From: Antedon mediterranea
Lineage: Eukaryota > Animalia > Echinodermata
Length of the DNA stretch: 64,000 nt
Assembly: GCF_964355755.1 (NCBI RefSeq)
Contig: NC_092670.1
Span: forward strand, 24,290,795 to 24,354,794
Direction: 5' to 3'
This document shows, piece by piece, positions 36,801 to 50,000 of the stretch. The notes under the pieces were generated by a model, which searched no databases, was not told the origin of the DNA, and saw only the letters and a program-made list of their open reading frames with translations. How positions within the stretch are numbered: position 1 is the stretch's first letter; each line of letters opens with the position of its first letter. The position numbers and the translations under genes were made by a program.

Positions 36801-39291
36801 CAATATTAGTATTAATTGTTTATGTAAATATTTTGTCTAATTGCCTTGATTTTTTGTATAGGCCAATGGCATCAATGTTTTTCTCAAAGCAAATTAGCCT
36901 AATAATGCCACATTTAGACACATGATTCATTGATTTCTGATATTCTGTACTTGTGTATGCATTACTAAAATAGTAGTTAATATATTTCATTTATAATGTA
37001 TGTATAAACATATATTCATATTTCTTTAAACATTTTTAAATTTAAAAATTATTACAATACCTATCTACCTTTCTGATATTGTTACTATTATATAATATTT
37101 TTTGAGGCAGCAATAAAAAAAAAATTAGAACAATTAATTTGAGTTATACTGTACTATGTTAGTTCAGGAGATGAAGTGTGTGTGGGCAGAAACTAGTGTG
37201 TTGGAGGTTGGTGGTGTGAGGTGTATAGTTTAGTTGTCACTTTAAGATCTAAATTAGATGTTTTCTGAAGAAAAGAAGTAAGCGCATACGCTTTCAAACA
37301 ACTCCAAGAAGATTCACACAAAAATAATTACTTTCCAATAAAGTAGTATAACAGTGTATATTACAGTACATTGAATAAACTCGAGTGGAATAATAACGCA
37401 CATAAAAAAACATTCATTTTCTTTTCGAAAAGTGCCCTCTCTAATTTTCTATTAATTTATTAATAATTATTATTAATTAATGAGTAATATGAACATATTT
37501 TTAACATTCAATGCTGGAAGCTGGTTCTACTCCTAACAAAGTTTCATATCTCCAAATTTCATCAACGTATTCAAAGCACTTCAATATTAAATATCACATT
37601 TAACATAAAAATTCGGGTTTTGGATAGAATTTTGCTTAAAAACATATACAAAAAACATCGATAAAAAATACTTTTCGTATTCAAAAACATTTGATACTTG
37701 GTATAAATGTTCACTATAGGTTGCTCTATTCACAGAAAAAAATTGCATTCATGAACGTTTTTTGTTGGTTGTTTTTTCAAAATAGTTATTAGCTTGAAAA
37801 AAATGAGTTGGAATTGTATGGTCTTTCATAAGTGTACATTTTGTAAAAACGTAAATTTAAAAAATCAGTGATATGGCTTGATAGTTATTTTTGGTTTGCA
37901 ATATGGATGGAGCAACCTATATTGAACATTTAAACCAAGTATCAAATGTTTTTGAATACGAAAAGTATTTTTTATCGATGTTTTTTGTATATGTTTTTAA
38001 GCAAAATTATATCCAAAACCTGAATTTGTAATGTTAAATGTAATTTATTTAAGTGCTTTGAATACGTTGATGAAATTTGGAGATATGAAACTTTGTTAGG
38101 AGTAGATACAGTTTCCAGCATTAAATTTTAAAAATATGTTCATATTACTCATTAATTGATAATAATTATTAATAAATTAATAGAAAACTAGAGAGGGCAC
38201 TTTTCGACAAGAAAATGAATGTTTTTTATGTGTGTTATTATTCCGCTCGAGTTTATTCAATGTACTGTAATATACACTGTTATACTATTTTATTGGAAAG
38301 TAATTATTTTTGTGTGAATCTTCTTGGAGTTGTTTGAAAGCGTATCCGTTTACTTCTTTTCTTCAGAAAACATCTAATTTAGGTCTTAAAGTGACAACTA
38401 TACACCTCACACCACCAACCTCCAACACACTAGTTTCTGCCCACACACACTTCATCTCCTGAACTAACATAGTACAGTATAAGTCAAATAAATTTTTTAA
38501 TTTTTTTTTATTGCTGCCTCAAAAAACATTATATAATAGTAACAATATCAGAAAGGTAGATAGGTATTGTAATAATTTTTAAATTTAAAAATGTTAAAAA
38601 AAATATGAAATGAATATATGTTTATACATACATTATAAATGAAATATATTAGGAAGATTAAACGAGACTTACCTGTAAGTTGAAGTTTGATCACTATTTT
38701 ATGAATATGTGAGTGGGGTGTAAACTGAGATCCCGACGCGCACGCGCACCCTCATACTTTAAATCAAACATGTCCAGAGTAATAATTTGCAGCGATAAGT
38801 ATATATATGATAACCTGCATTGTTCTATAATAATAATTGTTTTACTTGGGGTGGGTTGAGGCGGGCAGTTTACACCTCACTCACATATTCATAAAATAGT
38901 GATCAAACTTCAACTTACAGGTAAGTCTCGTTTAATCTTCCTATTTTATTTCATATACGTTCGCTGTAAACTGAGATGTTTAAAGCCAACTCTGGAAACA
39001 TGTTTGAACTGTAAACCAAATAATTGACGGAAATGTTAGTTTCAATAAAACAACTTTATTTCCAAAAGTCTACATTCATTCATAAGGATGTTTGCCCTAA
39101 CGGGCAACTTAAATATGACAACTATCGTGTTGTATTAATAATAAAGCATTTATTTTGCTTATATACAATAGTCCAACGTTTTAGGATTCTCACCCTAAAA
39201 ACATCAATTAGAAAACTAAACAACAATATTAAACTGGTTCAATATGCAAACAGGGGCTATTTGTAGTAGCCAACAACAAACACAACCAATA

Positions 39292-40290
39292 TTAATGAGT
39301 TGATGAATCAACTTTTCTCAACAGTGCCTGTTGAAATGACGGATTTTCTACAAATTTTATAGGCTTATTATAATATCTGTTTAGTGTATGTTCGTTTCTC
39401 CACCCAGCTGTTTTCATTATTAAGTCAACCGGGACATTCCTTAATTTTGCTGATGAAGATGCAGCCGCTCGGACCGAATGGGCTTTAAATTTTGTTGTAT
39501 CTACTCCTGCTTCTGATAAACCTGTCCTTATCCATCGAGCAATTGTGTCTTTTGATGCCTCGGCATACGGTTTCTTATGACATATAAAAAGTCTGTCCTT
39601 ATTTTCCCTTAAATTACTAGTTTTTTCCCTGTACTTTAGAATTGTTCTGACCGGACATAGGGCAGGGTCTTCACTTTTGTGGAAAACCACCAGTTGACCT
39701 GTATTGTTTGGTCTGCTAGTTTTTAGTAATGTACAGATGTAAAAGGTGATTGCTTCATTCTCGATATTCATATTTGAAAATTTGAAATTATATAAGGTTT
39801 GAAGCCTACTTGAGGACAATAATGCTAATAACAATGCTACTTTTATGGTAAATTCTTTAAGCGATAATGTATCGTCGTTAATTGTTCGCCTCAGATAGTC
39901 TGTAACTAAGCGAACATCCCAAATTTGTGCATATTTTGGAGTCGGTGGGTTAAAATTGAATAACCCTTTCATAAATCGTTTCAGTTCATTAGACTCCTTC
40001 ATTTTTATATCTAAGATTTCGAGAAAGTTTACAATTGCGCTTTTCGCCGTACTGATAGTACTGTAGCCTAAGCCCTCGTCCTTCAGCTTTATCAAGAAAT
40101 CGAGGACGTGACCGGTGTTTAGCTGTTGCCATGTGATTCCTCTGATTTCACAAAAGTCTATAAATTTTGTTAGCTGTGAGTTATATTGCTTCCACGTTGA
40201 CCGTCTCCAGGATTGCAGAATGACGTCTGCTGCAGTATTGCTTATTCCTTTGTTGTAGAGTTCCGCCCTGATAGCCTGCAGGCAAAAAGG
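39292..40290 (-). CDS. DIRS tyrosine recombinase (open frame with no ATG at its start)
   Basis: ILQSWRRSTWKQY N-terminal domain; catalytic R (SSRLQ), HSVR, AGW, RYY. Confidence 0.9.
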   Translation of the reverse strand, partial: PFCLQAIRAELYNKGISNTAADVILQSWRRSTWKQYNSQLTKFIDFCEIRGITWQQLNTGHVLDFLIKLKDEGLGYSTISTAKSAIVNFLEILDIKMKESNELKRFMKGLFNFNPPTPKYAQIWDVRLVTDYLRRTINDDTLSLKEFTIKVALLLALLSSSRLQTLYNFKFSNMNIENEAITFYICTLLKTSRPNNTGQLVVFHKSEDPALCPVRTILKYREKTSNLRENKDRLFICHKKPYAEASKDTIARWIRTGLSEAGVDTTKFKAHSVRAAASSSAKLRNVPVDLIMKTAGWRNEHTLNRYYNKPIKFVENPSFQQALLRKVDSSTH

Positions 40291-43103
40291 TTAAGTCTGT
40301 TATAAAGAGGATGACAATCATCTGAACCATGTAATGTTAAGGCATGTTTGGTATTCTTAAACCTCAGTGGTTCCCCAACCATCATTGATAGTAATTTAGG
40401 ATACCAATACTGTGTTGGCCAGTTTGGGACCACCATGATAACTATGGCATTATCGGTCAATATTTTTTGCAAACATCTACCTATAAGGCAGAACGGCGGA
40501 AAAGCATAGAGCTTGGCAGAGGACCAATTTTGTAGAAATGCGTCGATACCAATTGAATCTGGGTCCGGTTTCCATGATATATATTTCGGAAGCTGTGCAT
40601 TGTGCCTAGAAGCGAATAGGTCTATATCTAGTTCGCCGAATGTTTTAGTGTTTTTTATAAACAATTCTTTGTTAAGCATCCATTCTGTCTCATCTTTAAA
40701 CTGACGAGACTTTGCATCAGCTATTATATTATCTCTACCTGGGATGTATTCTGCACTTATCCAAAAATTGTTCTCAATGCACCAAGACCAGATGGCTTTT
40801 GAAATTTTATTGCACGCAATTGATTTTGCGCCGCCCATGTTGTTTATGTAAGCTACTGCAGTGGTATTATCAACCTTCAACCTTATGTGCTTAGCTTTTC
40901 TCTCACGGGACAATGCTTTAAGGCCGAAAAAAGCAGCCAGCAATTCTAAGTAATTAATATTTAGTGCCCCTGTAGCATATGCAATGTCTAGGTCTTTGTT
41001 TATCCACCTTCCCCCAGTGTGGGTATGTCCATCAGTGGCACCCCAGCCTAGACCACTAGCGTCTGTCTCAATTGTTAGGTCGGGGTACCCATGATATATC
41101 AATTTATATGCGTCTTTGACATTATTTTGCCACCAAAGAATATCGTCCCGTCCATTGACGGAAATACTAATAGGCCTATCGTAATGGCCTTTATTTAGTT
41201 TTAGAGCTAGTATTTTCTCCTTCTCTAGTGCCCTATAATGAAGCTTTCCATACTCTACAGCAGGTAGTGTTGCTATAATTTTGCCTAAAAATTGCGCAAC
41301 TTTCCTAATGGTAGTATGACTTAATGTAAGTATGTGTTTACTTTGAACTCTAATTTCCTCCTTCTTGTGATATGGAAGGGAAACCGTCATACTTATAGAA
41401 TTTATTTCAAATCCCAAGAAGGTTATGATCTGCGTAGGATTCATTACTGATTTTTCTCTATTAATGATAAAACCCAATGAGGCTAGAAGTTCACTAGTTT
41501 CCCTGGCGGTACCGCCGGCCAAGTCTTCTGACTGGTTTATACACAAAATGTCATCAATGTAAACCAACAGAATATGCCCTCTGCTGCGCAAAAACGCAAT
41601 TGGGGGCTTCAATAATTTCGTGAAAAGTCTAGGCCCTGAGCTAAGCCCATTAGGCAATGCGACAAACTTATACAGGTTGTCTTTCCAAACAAATTTTAAA
41701 TATTTAGTGTCCGACTCTGCTATGGGTACAGTAAAATATGCATCTTTGAGGTCGACTGACGTCATATATACACCTGGTGAAATTAGTGTCAATGCATTTC
41801 CAAACATTTCCATTTTGAAATGTTTGTATGTCACATATTCATTTAATTTAGAGAGGTCTAATATCATTCTGAACCCTCCATCTTTCTTTGGCCTTGTAAA
41901 AATATTTGATACAAACTGGTCATGTTCAAACATGGCTGGTTTGACCACCCCTTTTGATATCAATTTAACTATTTGATCATCAATAGCCTCCATATCCATG
42001 CTGCTGAGTTTGTATGGATGAGGTATTTTTCCTTTTAGGTGGTAGGGTATAGCTTTATCAAACTCTATTTTATATCCTGAAACCGCATTTAGGATGTATG
42101 GATCCGAAGTATATTTTTTCCACCTATGTATATATGACCTGAGTCGACCTCCTACTATGTCAAGGTTATGTTTGTTAACCTTATTGTTAGGAGAAATACT
42201 TATATTATCAATCGACTCATACCTCTTCGGCTGTTGTTTTAGGTCTTTTTTCCCCTGATAAAATTTGGTCTGGTTGTAGTTGTTTGTTGACCATTTGTGT
42301 CGCCGGGTTTGACCTAAAAAAGGTTTGCCATTTCTATTGTATGGCTGGTATCTGTAGTTGTTGGACCTGGTCTTTGGTTGGTACGACTTAAAATTAAATA
42401 AGCCTGCCGTAGCCTTCCTTTCCTCATCCAGTTTTTTAACTGTAGTACTCAGGTCACCAAATAAATACTCTGTAGGCTTAATGCTGGGTTTACATAAATG
42501 AGTATATTTGGCATTTATTTCCGGTTTCAACATCTCCTTACGAAGTGCAAGTAACTCGAAGTTCGCATTGGCAAGTAGGCCGATTGTGTCCTGTGCTATC
42601 TCCGATGACTCATTTCCATCAACTAATTTTGCAAGGGCGGTAATTCCCTTTATCAAAGGTTTTTGTACCTTTTGAAATTTTAGATCGTTAGACCGTGCCC
42701 TTGGTGTAATGGAATCCCAAATAGTTGGATTGACCTTTGGCACTATTAGGGCCTCTAGATTTTCCGGTATAGGATAGCTTTTGATCAGCTCGGTCATTAC
42801 ACTCTCACTCATATGCCAGTGCAATAAGTATGTTAGCGTGTCAGCTAACTCTTGGCTGACTGCTGGTGCCAATTCGTTAGAAACAGCAAATCTTGCTGCA
42901 AAACCCGGAGGAAGGGGGCCTTTGACCTTACTATTACTATTAGTGGCTGGCCGCTCAGGATTTTCATCCTTCTTGGATAGTTGTGTACCTGTTACTTCCC
43001 CCTCCTCCAGATCAGACACATCACGTTCGTACTGATGATGCCTATCGTAAATGTTACTCGTGAGGCTAACCACCGAGCTACTGTCAAATGTCATCATATT
43101 CAT
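40242..43103 (-). CDS. DIRS Gag-like + RT + RNase H + adenine-methyltransferase-like polyprotein (953 aa)
   Basis: YPIPENLEALIVPKVNPTIW (gag-like), DLKDAYF, LPNGL, YIDD, TDASGLGWGA, INYLEL, VDNTTA, DLFASRHN, YAFPPF. Confidence 0.93.
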   Translation of the reverse strand: MNMMTFDSSSVVSLTSNIYDRHHQYERDVSDLEEGEVTGTQLSKKDENPERPATNSNSKVKGPLPPGFAARFAVSNELAPAVSQELADTLTYLLHWHMSESVMTELIKSYPIPENLEALIVPKVNPTIWDSITPRARSNDLKFQKVQKPLIKGITALAKLVDGNESSEIAQDTIGLLANANFELLALRKEMLKPEINAKYTHLCKPSIKPTEYLFGDLSTTVKKLDEERKATAGLFNFKSYQPKTRSNNYRYQPYNRNGKPFLGQTRRHKWSTNNYNQTKFYQGKKDLKQQPKRYESIDNISISPNNKVNKHNLDIVGGRLRSYIHRWKKYTSDPYILNAVSGYKIEFDKAIPYHLKGKIPHPYKLSSMDMEAIDDQIVKLISKGVVKPAMFEHDQFVSNIFTRPKKDGGFRMILDLSKLNEYVTYKHFKMEMFGNALTLISPGVYMTSVDLKDAYFTVPIAESDTKYLKFVWKDNLYKFVALPNGLSSGPRLFTKLLKPPIAFLRSRGHILLVYIDDILCINQSEDLAGGTARETSELLASLGFIINREKSVMNPTQIITFLGFEINSISMTVSLPYHKKEEIRVQSKHILTLSHTTIRKVAQFLGKIIATLPAVEYGKLHYRALEKEKILALKLNKGHYDRPISISVNGRDDILWWQNNVKDAYKLIYHGYPDLTIETDASGLGWGATDGHTHTGGRWINKDLDIAYATGALNINYLELLAAFFGLKALSRERKAKHIRLKVDNTTAVAYINNMGGAKSIACNKISKAIWSWCIENNFWISAEYIPGRDNIIADAKSRQFKDETEWMLNKELFIKNTKTFGELDIDLFASRHNAQLPKYISWKPDPDSIGIDAFLQNWSSAKLYAFPPFCLIGRCLQKILTDNAIVIMVVPNWPTQYWYPKLLSMMVGEPLRFKNTKHALTLHGSDDCHPLYNRLNLFACRLSGRNSTTKE

Positions 43104-43503
43104 TGTTGTGACATTGTGATGACATTTGTGTCATCAACTGAGATAAAAGGTCGTGCGTTGACTCATTTATTTGTTGAGCAGCCTTCGTCTCTTTAACCTG
43201 CTGCTCAACCAACCGCTCAAGGTTTTCAACCCTAGCCTCATAGTTCAGGCCTACTCCGACCTGTTGATTAGGCTGCAGCACGTTAGTGCATGATTGCCCG
43301 GCGATAGCAACGGCATCGCTGTTGCTATGCGTATTACCTTCTTTAGGAGGCCTAGTAATAGTACAGCTAGACCCCGCCTTTCTGGCCTTTTTGGTGGGCT
43401 TAGCCACCGTATGCTGTACAAGTGGAGTTGTAGCTGCAAATGTTACATTTCCAGCAGAAATCTCCAGCACATCTTCTTGTATTGCAAGTGATTTTCGTTC
43501 CAT
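43084..43503 (-). CDS. DIRS ORF1 / Gag N-terminal part (coiled coil)
   Basis: MERKSL...EARVENLERLVEQQVKE...EYDDI*; overlaps the long ORF in a different frame. Confidence 0.6.
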   Translation of the reverse strand: MERKSLAIQEDVLEISAGNVTFAATTPLVQHTVAKPTKKARKAGSSCTITRPPKEGNTHSNSDAVAIAGQSCTNVLQPNQQVGVGLNYEARVENLERLVEQQVKETKAAQQINESTHDLLSQLMTQMSSQCHNNEYDDI

Positions 43504-46500
43504 GATCGTTCGGGTGCACGCCGTCTCCAAACGATGGCGCCGATATGAGGGTGCGCGTGCGCGTCGGGATCTCAGTTTACAGCGAACGTATATGAAATAA
43601 AATAACTACTGTTTTAGTAATGCATACACAAGTACAGAATATCAGAAATCAATGAATCATGTGTCTAAATGTGGCATTATTAGGCTAATTTGCTTTGAGA
43701 AAAACATTGATGCCATTGGCCTATACAAAAATCAAGGCAATTAGACAAAATATTTACATAAACAATTAATACTAATATTGGTAGGCATAAAATAATAGTG
43801 TATATAAACTTTCCTTAAATAATAACAGTATAGGGCCTTACCAATTTATTTAATACATAATATATGAACTATAATTATTACACAAAAAAAGTATAAATGA
43901 ATTTATAAGGACATGATGATTATCAAAAATAGTCAATATAATTAAATTTTAAACTCATTACCGGCATTATAAATAATATTTTAAAAAGATAAGAATGCAA
44001 GAAAATATCAGATTCATAGTCCTCATTATACACAATGATTTCCTACTATCACATATTAAAATATAAAACAATCATTTAGCCTTTAATGACTTTACATGGA
44101 GGTCTATTCAAATAAATTTAAATAAAAGGGTCATAATATGTCTTCGTCTCCAGTTCGTGGAAATTGAAGTTAGGATTCCATCATTTCAACAACAAAAAAT
44201 ATTCAAAATATCCTGCCAGTTTGCATTCAAGACCTGCAACCTGCTTAGTTTTTAATACGAGTACTGCTTTCTATACACATAACTTTGATTTCTGCAAAAA
44301 AAAAACAAAACTCTGTAATAATGTACTTTAATTACTGTAATAATCTAGGTATAGATTATGTTTACCGGGCCAGTGAGAGGGCGTTCGACTGTACTACCAT
44401 AAGTCCTGTAGGTGTATACAACTTATTTCTTGTCTACAAAGTGTATAGTAGTATGCTAATAGTACTATTATTAGATTAGGTAGTTGGGAGTAGTTTGGAG
44501 AGATACATCTATCTATAAAAGAGTACTGTATATATGGAACTATCTGTGTTAGCCGCCTTTGTATTTTTAGATATAATACCAATAGGTACTATGTATTGGG
44601 AAACAATTCAACAGTTATGAATAAAAAAAGTCCTATGTACTCTGTATGTTGGAAGAAATACGCATAAAAGCAAATAAAGCCTTGACCACAGGGTGTAAGT
44701 CACTATTTTGAATCAGTAGTATGACTTCTTAAGAAGTAATTTAAAAATTATCATTGTATGATCAAAAAAAAATATAATATCTAACTTTCTCCTTTATATA
44801 AATATATTATTTTATCCAAGGGGTTGCAAACACAAGTGTTCACATGTCTTGTTAAGTATTGCACCTTTGTCCTGTCTTTATGTTTTCTGTAATGTCACTG
44901 CACTAACGGGTGACCGGTAAACGAGCTTTGCTCTTACGGTTATCCATCCATATAAGTTGTTCATCTCTTATGTTCAGAAATTGAAATGGTAAATAAACTG
45001 AAACTGAAACTGTGCTTATGTGGTACAGGTTGACGAGCCAGGAATGATGGTAGTGCCAGTATACCGTGTAGTTTAGCCTCAAGACAATACCATGTAGCTG
45101 GAGTAGCTTGGACAAATACAGTAGAGATTTATGAGACTTGGTGTGTGATGATTCAGTATGATAAATTTGTGCTGTGAAAGACAAAATTGTAGAATTAGGA
45201 AGAAAATATTGTAAAATATAACAAGGAAATTATACTATAGTATAATTAAGGGGTAACCGTATAATACATAATTAATAGTAATAAAGGCAATGGTAATTAC
45301 TAATTATATTATGTATACATTACAATATTACAAATAAATTCATATATTATTTTATTATGATAAGGAAATCTGTTTTAGAATGAGAAAAAGCCGTCCCAAC
45401 CCAGATTTGAACCCAGCTATCAGTAAAGCTATAAAACAAAATAGACCATATTGTAGCCGGACTGGGTAGCGTAGACTTACTTGAGGCCTAGGCATAGTAC
45501 GATTAGCTAGAAAGATACAGGTCAACCCGTACCCATGCCATGCCAACACGCTCGTACCCAAATTATGGTTTACATATATCCAAAATGTTGGCTTACTCGT
45601 ACCCATCATGGGCTGCCTAGTAGTAGTAGTAGTAGTAGTAGTAGCCTAGCCTAAGGCAGCAGGCCCGGCCCTAGGCTACTACAACTTAAGTCTAGGCCTA
45701 GCCTAGTACTAGTAGGCCTCTAGGGCCTTAGGCCTAGCCTAGGCCCTTGTAGTTAACATCATACATAGCCATAGTAGCTACCTATCCCCTACTCACTAGC
45801 TAGGCCTAGGTAGTAGCAGTAGTAGTTATTGTAGTAGTATTATTGTATTGTAGTATTAGTTGTAGCTGTCCGGTGATCCTTGGTCACTTGTCTAGATCCC
45901 CTAGTAGGCCTAGGCTAGGCCTAGGCCTAGTACGTAGTTATTCTTCAACAGTCACACAATTCAGATTCTGCCGGCCGCTGATTGCTAGTGAACAGGGGGA
46001 GGGAGAGAAAGAGTTAGAAGAACTGAAATAAGCCGTGACGTATAATAAACATCATACAAAATAATAATATAACTAACGAATCCGTATAATATAATAATGT
46101 TGTATGTTATAAAGTAAAGTAAATGCGTTTAATATAATACAATTATATTATAATATAATGTATTTTATTAATAATATAATATTAAATGTTCATAATATAA
46201 TGCTAAAACCAAATAATATAATACAAAAAGTCAATAATTTGTTACATTTTTCACATAATATATTAGAAATAGATATAATATAATGCTAAAACCAAGTAAT
46301 ATAATGCAAAACGTATAATTCATTACAATACAATATATAATATAATAAAAAATTGATATAATAATATAATATTTTGAATACTTCAGTATGGCAAGCCTCA
46401 GCTGTCTGAAGTATTCAAAATATTATATTATTATATCATTTTTTTATTGTATTATATATTGTATTGTAATGAATTATACGTTTTGCATTATATTACTTGG

Positions 46501-47046
46501 TTTTAGCATTATATTATATCTATTTCTAATATATTATGTGAAAAATGTAACAAATTATTGACTTTTTGTATTATATTATTTGGTTTTAGCATTATATTAT
46601 GAACATTTAATATTATATTATTAATAAAATACATTATATTATAATATAATTGTATTATATTAAACGCATTTACTTTACTTTATAACATACAACATTATTA
46701 TATTATACGGATTCGTTAGTTATATTATTATGTTGTATGATGTTTATTATACGTCACGGCTTATTTCAGTTCTTCTAACTCTTTCTCTCCCTCCCCCTGT
46801 TCACTAGCAATCAGCGGCCGGCAGAATCTGAATTGTGTGACTGTTGAAGAATAACTACGTACTAGGCCTAGGCCTAGCCTAGGCCTACTAGGGGATCTAG
46901 ACAAGTGACCAAGGATCACTGGACAGCTACAACTAATACTACAATACAATAATACTACTACAATAACTACTACTGCTACTACCTAGGCCTAGCTAGTGAG
47001 TAGTAGGTAGCTACTACTAGGCTCTAGGGCGTATGTATGATGTTAA

Positions 47047-50000
47047 AGTTGTATTGTCCCCCAAAACATGAAAAATAAAGATGAAAAAAATCAAATTTTG
47101 AATAGACCATTTTGTAGTTATAATAAAGTTATTCACTTTCGCTGAAAAAAAATCCGGAAAAAATATTGATTTCGCTTATAAAAAATCAAAATAAGTTTAC
47201 CATTTTTTCGAACTCATAAGTTCAGAAATTCCAAAATAACGATGGTTAGCTAACAGCTCATAAATATGCATGATATGTTAATGAGTATCCAAACAGGGGA
47301 GATCCGATCTGTTCACCACGTAAACAAACATGTGCGAAGAACAGAAGAAAGTGCTGGGGTTTCCCTGATCGTATGATGTAAAAAGCTCTGCCGTTAATTT
47401 GCTGGTAAGTAGAATTCTATTTTAGATGAATGACACATCCTCCTATAATAGTTTTTGGCGTATAGTTATAGGCTTAGCTATCTAGGCTAGGGCTATAATA
47501 TAAGCCTACTTCTACTAATCTATCTAGTAGGGCCTAGGCCTAGTTAGTACTGTAGTTTACTACTGTGTAGTGTAGTGTAGCAGCAGCTGTAGGCAGGCAG
47601 ATAATCGGGTCAGAAAAGTAGACGGGAACCCACTTTGAGGCCTAGCTAGGTCCTATATATCGTACTCACCGAACTGATGACAAAAAACGAACATTTGGAA
47701 AATGATCAGCATACAGTACCAAAGAAGTTGACGGTAGAATAGATTGTTGTTGTTGATAGCAACCAAAACGAAAACACTAGTAATTAGACTAGGCCTTTTT
47801 TAAGGAGGAGATGCACTTTTCAGGGATTCCTTACTGTACATTAGTACCCCAAATTGAAAACTTCAGATTCATGTACAGAAATAATAATTATATGTATGCA
47901 ATAAATTGTGAAATATTTAACTTTTCTATTTGACTTTTGTATTTATACATCATTGTTTTTCAATTTATAGACTTAAGCTAATGAAGACTGGAACAGAAGT
48001 TACACCCATACAGCATTTTAAAGGCAACTGGCAGTAGACTTGGTAGTGGAACACAAGATAAATATTGGATGACTATCATAAAGCATTAGGCAAATGTGTT
48101 GGTTGTTTTCCAGCTTTTAAAATGTTGTATAGTTTTCATAATTCGAGCAATAACATTTGTATACAGCATTAAATAAATAAAAAATACTACTACAGTACAT
48201 GAGATAAAATCACCATAATTTTAATGTGTGAAGATTTACAGTACAGTACAGTAAAAAATGAGTTAATTACTGGTATATTTCATTGAATTTCTGCATTATT
48301 GTTGACAATTTATTTTCAACTATTAATTGATGTGTTGATTGTGGCATTACAGCAATAGCTTGTCTTCTGTGATTGTTCATCCATTTTAAAGTGTCATAGT
48401 AAGAAACGTTCAAATAAATATTGTGAATGTTGCTACCACATTTTGTGTTGATTTCTTCACCATTTTCCACTACTTGCTCATATTGTTCATTCAAGTGTGT
48501 TAATACCTATTAAAAGAAAGACATTATTTATTAAAATATGTACATAAAAAGTTTAATTGTGTGAATGTTGGTTTGAACGTTATTGCTTTGGAAGAATTTT
48601 CAACATAACGGTACTAAGTACTGTAAAGTACACATTCCAAAAAATATTTAACTTAGATTATTTGGTCATTTTCTCTAAAATAATTACTGTTAGGAGATAC
48701 ATTTATACTATTATATTATTATCACTTTACCATAGTATTGTACTGTATATATTATATTGGTTGTAGACTAGACCAAAGTTCAGTAACCAGGTTGTTAGTA
48801 ATTGTACCTATGAGACTGCTCATAACTCAAGTTGTCAGAGACACTTGCTTGATATTCCATATAAGGAAATTGTTACAACAACTTCATACTAAGATGATGA
48901 TGTCATTTGAATTTCATCTTAAAACCAATTTCATCATCTTTAAGTTATTTGATGAGATCATAATGATCACCCCACATATCCTGCATAAGAATATAAATAG
49001 TGGTACATTAACCATATTTAATCAGTCCTAATACGAATACTGACATAGCTAAACTAAATGCTGTTAAAGTCTATTGAAGTATCTAGAAGTCTGTTTGACT
49101 GTTTTGAACAACTGAAGTAAAGCTTTATATTAGCCTTGGGCTCAGCTATATTTGTAAGTCTTGAATTTCTTTATGTATTTTGATTGTGTGTTACCACCAT
49201 CTTATACTTTGATAATTATTTTATATTATTAATTAATCTTTATCTTTATAATCATTTTAATTGATTTTGTTATCTTTTGCTTTTCTGTTTGAAGAATAAA
49301 ACGTAGATTAGAGTATAAAACTTATCCATTGTATTGCCTATCTTCTGTTTGTGCCTTGCATGTAACAGAAAGTGGGGGGTCATCCGGGAAGAACTTTAAA
49401 TTTAACTTTAACTTAAATCGATAGGTTTATAGTTTTATACCTAGTTAAATTTGTTTTATTTTCAAACATTTGTTTGTGAAATTAGTAACTGTTACAATGG
49501 TCTTTGAACCAGAAACATTTTTTGCCGACCCTACCCAAGAGGTATTTAATAGTTTGAAAAAAGATGATTTGCTTAAACTAGCTACGCATCTAGGTCTAAA
49601 GGACGTTGAATCCTCTATGCGAAAGAATGATATTAAGAGTCGTTTATTAACTTATTTGGTTGAGGAAGACATTTTTGATAGTAGTGTTATGTCTTCCCAA
49701 GTTGATTCAAGCATTGATGCTAAATTAAGAGAAATTGAATTACAAAATATGAAAGAAATTGAAATTCGAAGAATGGAATTGGAATTCGAAAGAGAGGAAA
49801 GAGATTTTAAATTAAAATTACGCGAATTAGAGCTAGCTAGTGGGATTAGTCAACCTATTTCCAATCCAAAATTTGATGTAACTAAACATATTAGACTAGT
49901 GCCACCTTTTCAGGAGAAGGAAGTAGATAAATTCTTTTTACATTTCGAGAAAATTGCCGAAAATCTTAAATGGCCTAAAGAACACTGGACCTTGCTTTTA

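Larger units (their letters stand above)
38652..43602 (-). mobile_element. DIRS1-type tyrosine-recombinase retrotransposon, full length (copy 1)
   Basis: Inverted terminal repeats plus an internal complementary region (38866-38977); mirror image of 55414-60364. Confidence 0.95.
29627..46386. mobile_element. Giant palindromic (foldback) DNA element, copy 1, with nested Kolobok and DIRS; possibly IS3EU-related and non-autonomous
   Basis: Left arm 29627-30286 + 34868-37726 is the inverse of right arm 37910-38651 + 43603-46386 (~3.5 kb each, with scattered SNPs and indels). The spacer is ~180 bp and the right end lacks the last 19 nt. Confidence 0.85.

Noticed and set aside
40513-43600. Antisense ORFs within the DIRS and their mirror copies
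   Set aside because: Shadow frames of the real coding strand.
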